The translations under genes were made by a program, and so were the position numbers. Under the pieces are notes generated by a model, which saw only the letters and a list, made by a program, of their open reading frames with translations, was not told the origin of the DNA and ran no database searches. Shown here piece by piece: positions 49,501-50,515 of a stretch of 50,515 nucleotides of DNA (positions are counted from its first letter, which is position 1; each line of letters opens with the position of its first letter). This DNA is from Tubiluchus corallicola (taxonomy: Eukaryota; Animalia; Priapulida), in NCBI GenBank assembly GCA_030141605.1, contig JAQGDQ010001272.1:1-50515 (forward strand). The letters are read 5' to 3'.

Positions 49501-49591
49501 TCCTTGTGTCATGACCTTTAGGTTCACCCTCCCACGGCGGCGTATAAAGAATAGTCTTGTCGCTTGTGGTTGTTGTGGTGGCCATACTCAA
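46436..49591 (-). CDS. BEL/Pao Gag-protease polyprotein (1051 aa) with atypical hydrophobic C-terminus
   Basis: DUF1759-like LPKFKLPSFSG...FWSVF...KFNYLLGCLKG; three Cys/His knuckles; protease LMDTGSNGTYI; terminal DVILISNSNLPRGS. No YVDD, RNase H or DDE motifs. Confidence 0.92.
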   Translation of the reverse strand: MSMATTTTTSDKTILYTPPWEGEPKGHDTRTGQLFQPIQPNKDSSKQGVTIMDHGSKDSDDEEPDYEQQLYIPATPAHGPTPTAASGAIPKMVPDKDPLHGHQLEVKILIQNLKINSQHYGEVFFTCTTLLDLEFDECITNYQNFVDRCNAAIADLRFSTEKLTELYDKLSYIYCSSDDSSHLDEVKEFLASQTTLNRNLSELSSKIEARIRSLETCHLKVSEPVPVVSSTPVSAVPNITSQLNAVNVSHASTVYTRLPVVSSTPVSAVPNMTSQLNPWNISHASTVYTRLPKFKLPSFSGEGDDDFEEFWSVFNDEIHSRPDLTDSKKFNYLLGCLKGNAYRIIKTYRRTANNYPAAVGHLMKRFGRTDHMVTNYLKQLDDIEPVKNNAKDLRRFLDDIEVIIRSLTVLGRPVDDHYIVSGILKKLPITMGFQLRNLCPDATPGSNWQLERLIDTMYRYVNNFEISTNECGLQSLKEISKKPISRNNHRPASVQIKESVLTAGDSTFPLYNAVGNDDMACNSELSLTTFAAEKSKHAKSYKPKGSERVTGNGNNKDKAKRSQNNRIKMPCLYCDNRNHSSGFCNKFTIVEKLKVVEKRKRCKVCLSSKHTEVDCKFTCFVCGQKHHVSLCDKVENNRIVEAKLEQNLLSDTVMFNSETEAVLMQTVLVRMCHSDVSNNSKSGITVRGLMDTGSNGTYITESLAKKLNLKLENPSYVNVSTFACKGYVPVRCHQAKVALFGKNNSTRINIDVRVVPFIAKFRDRPSLPAQVYSKLKPWEGLLADSLPDGNLEGDVQLLIGCDNYLKILGAEKQEVSPGLFLYASLLGYILTGVVEKTDTLANNESIICSENSLFCLQPELDCTLTDSLLNSSSTLSCSKSEIHQTGPVSVTDNYQTTRPDVSPVSSSVPTLASEETSQIQSEIPPKREVLFESGCPISDIVTCHKAVGKVININDLSFLDWFLFLIAFMFRAIKVFMYGIKFPFKIMWLSLTQYAYTQIRKPNSMENVVIIPSNDNDVILISNSNLPRGSCKCRKTFHLYRIVSIETQDPP

Positions 49592-49851
49592 ACAAGGTTA
49601 ACTTGCAGTCGTCTGGATTCCAAATTAGAAGCACCAATACTGTCCATATATTTAGCACTCAGTATAAACAGGAACAGAGTAACTGTATCACTTGGTTTGC
49701 AGCCTTATACCAAGCAAACTGATTTCTTTTCCAAGCAGAGCAACTGTATCACCTGGTTTGTAGCTTTGTAGATATCAAACTGATTTTTTTCCTTTCAAAT
49801 AAAGTCCTAGCATAATTTCCTTGGTTCTATAAACTTGTATAAAATGAAGAA

Positions 49852-49862
49852 TTTCGGCACCA
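49852..49862 (-). promoter_or_regulatory. Primer binding site, tRNA-Phe type
   Basis: TGGTGCCGAAA immediately 3' of the 5' LTR, complementary to the tRNA-Phe 3' end. Confidence 0.8.
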
Positions 49863-50180
49863 TGTGAAAAATGTCTAAAGGTAAAATAGCTAAGACATCA
49901 GTATATTGCAGAACACAGGTGAGTTTATTTATACAAATCAGTTAGTCATACAAATTATCCACAGCACATGTTGATTCTATGCTCTCTGACAGCCAACTGC
50001 CCAGGTAAGTTTTCTATGAAGCAAGGAAGCCAGCAATTCTATGAAGGGTAAATGTTATGCATACTACATAGTTCAAGGATATGTTTAGACTGTATAGAAG
50101 AAATAAACTTATTTTACAGCTGAAATTTCTGTGTGGGATTTTTACCGTTTTAACCAGGAGACTACAATAATATGACAACA
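49863..50180 (-). repeat. 5' LTR
   Basis: Direct repeat of 45112-45429; AATAAA about 65 nt before its minus-strand end. Confidence 0.93.
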
Positions 50181-50515
50181 ATATAAGAAGAGATTGAGCA
50201 TGTGAATGCCACCTGTGACAACAGATTGCAAGACTATTATGTTAAAAATGTACAGAGGTCAAGGTACACTTTGGTCGAATGCCTAAAAATTTAGCATCGA
50301 ATTACTAATACAGACTAAACACATATCAGGAATGCCTAATAATTTTTTGCACACTCGTGTTTTGATAAATTCAAATTCAAAGTTAGATATTACAACATAA
50401 ACAGCTTCCTTACTATCCTGGTGATTTGGAATACATGTGATTCACTGTATTAATCCAATACATAATTTTTTGTGACTTGTAGTAAAGTAATGAATTGGTA
50501 CATATATATATATAT

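Larger units (their letters stand above)
45112..50180 (-). mobile_element. BEL/Pao LTR retrotransposon, non-autonomous (gag-pro only)
   Basis: Two highly similar LTRs with TG...CA ends, 5-bp TSD ATATA (45107-45111 and 50181-50185), PBS, PPT-like tract and one long ORF. Confidence 0.93.

Overview
AT-rich, repeat-dense DNA from an invertebrate animal. I reconstructed a complete 7-exon ABTB1 gene by hand on the minus strand (42204->26918, 478 aa, one GC-AG intron). A second, partly resolved minus-strand gene (about 21240->41) has an Ig-domain exon followed by an unrecognised region. Introns and intergenic DNA carry 5S-derived SINEs with RTE-like parts, a tRNA/Meta-type SINE pair, hAT, Tigger and Kolobok MITEs, a Helitron, LINE fragments and several minisatellites. 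The most unusual object is a young, TSD-flanked 5.07 kb BEL/Pao LTR element (45112-50180, minus). Its single intact 1051-aa ORF encodes Gag, zinc knuckles and protease but no RT, RNase H or integrase; a Ser/Thr linker and a hydrophobic segment take their place. The same element carries an in-frame three-exon antisense ORF. Other oddities are a cluster of STAT/GAS motifs built on a 41-bp repeat in the Ig-gene intron and a four-fold tandem copy of an ABTB1 splice donor. Family calls come from recalled motifs, not database searches.
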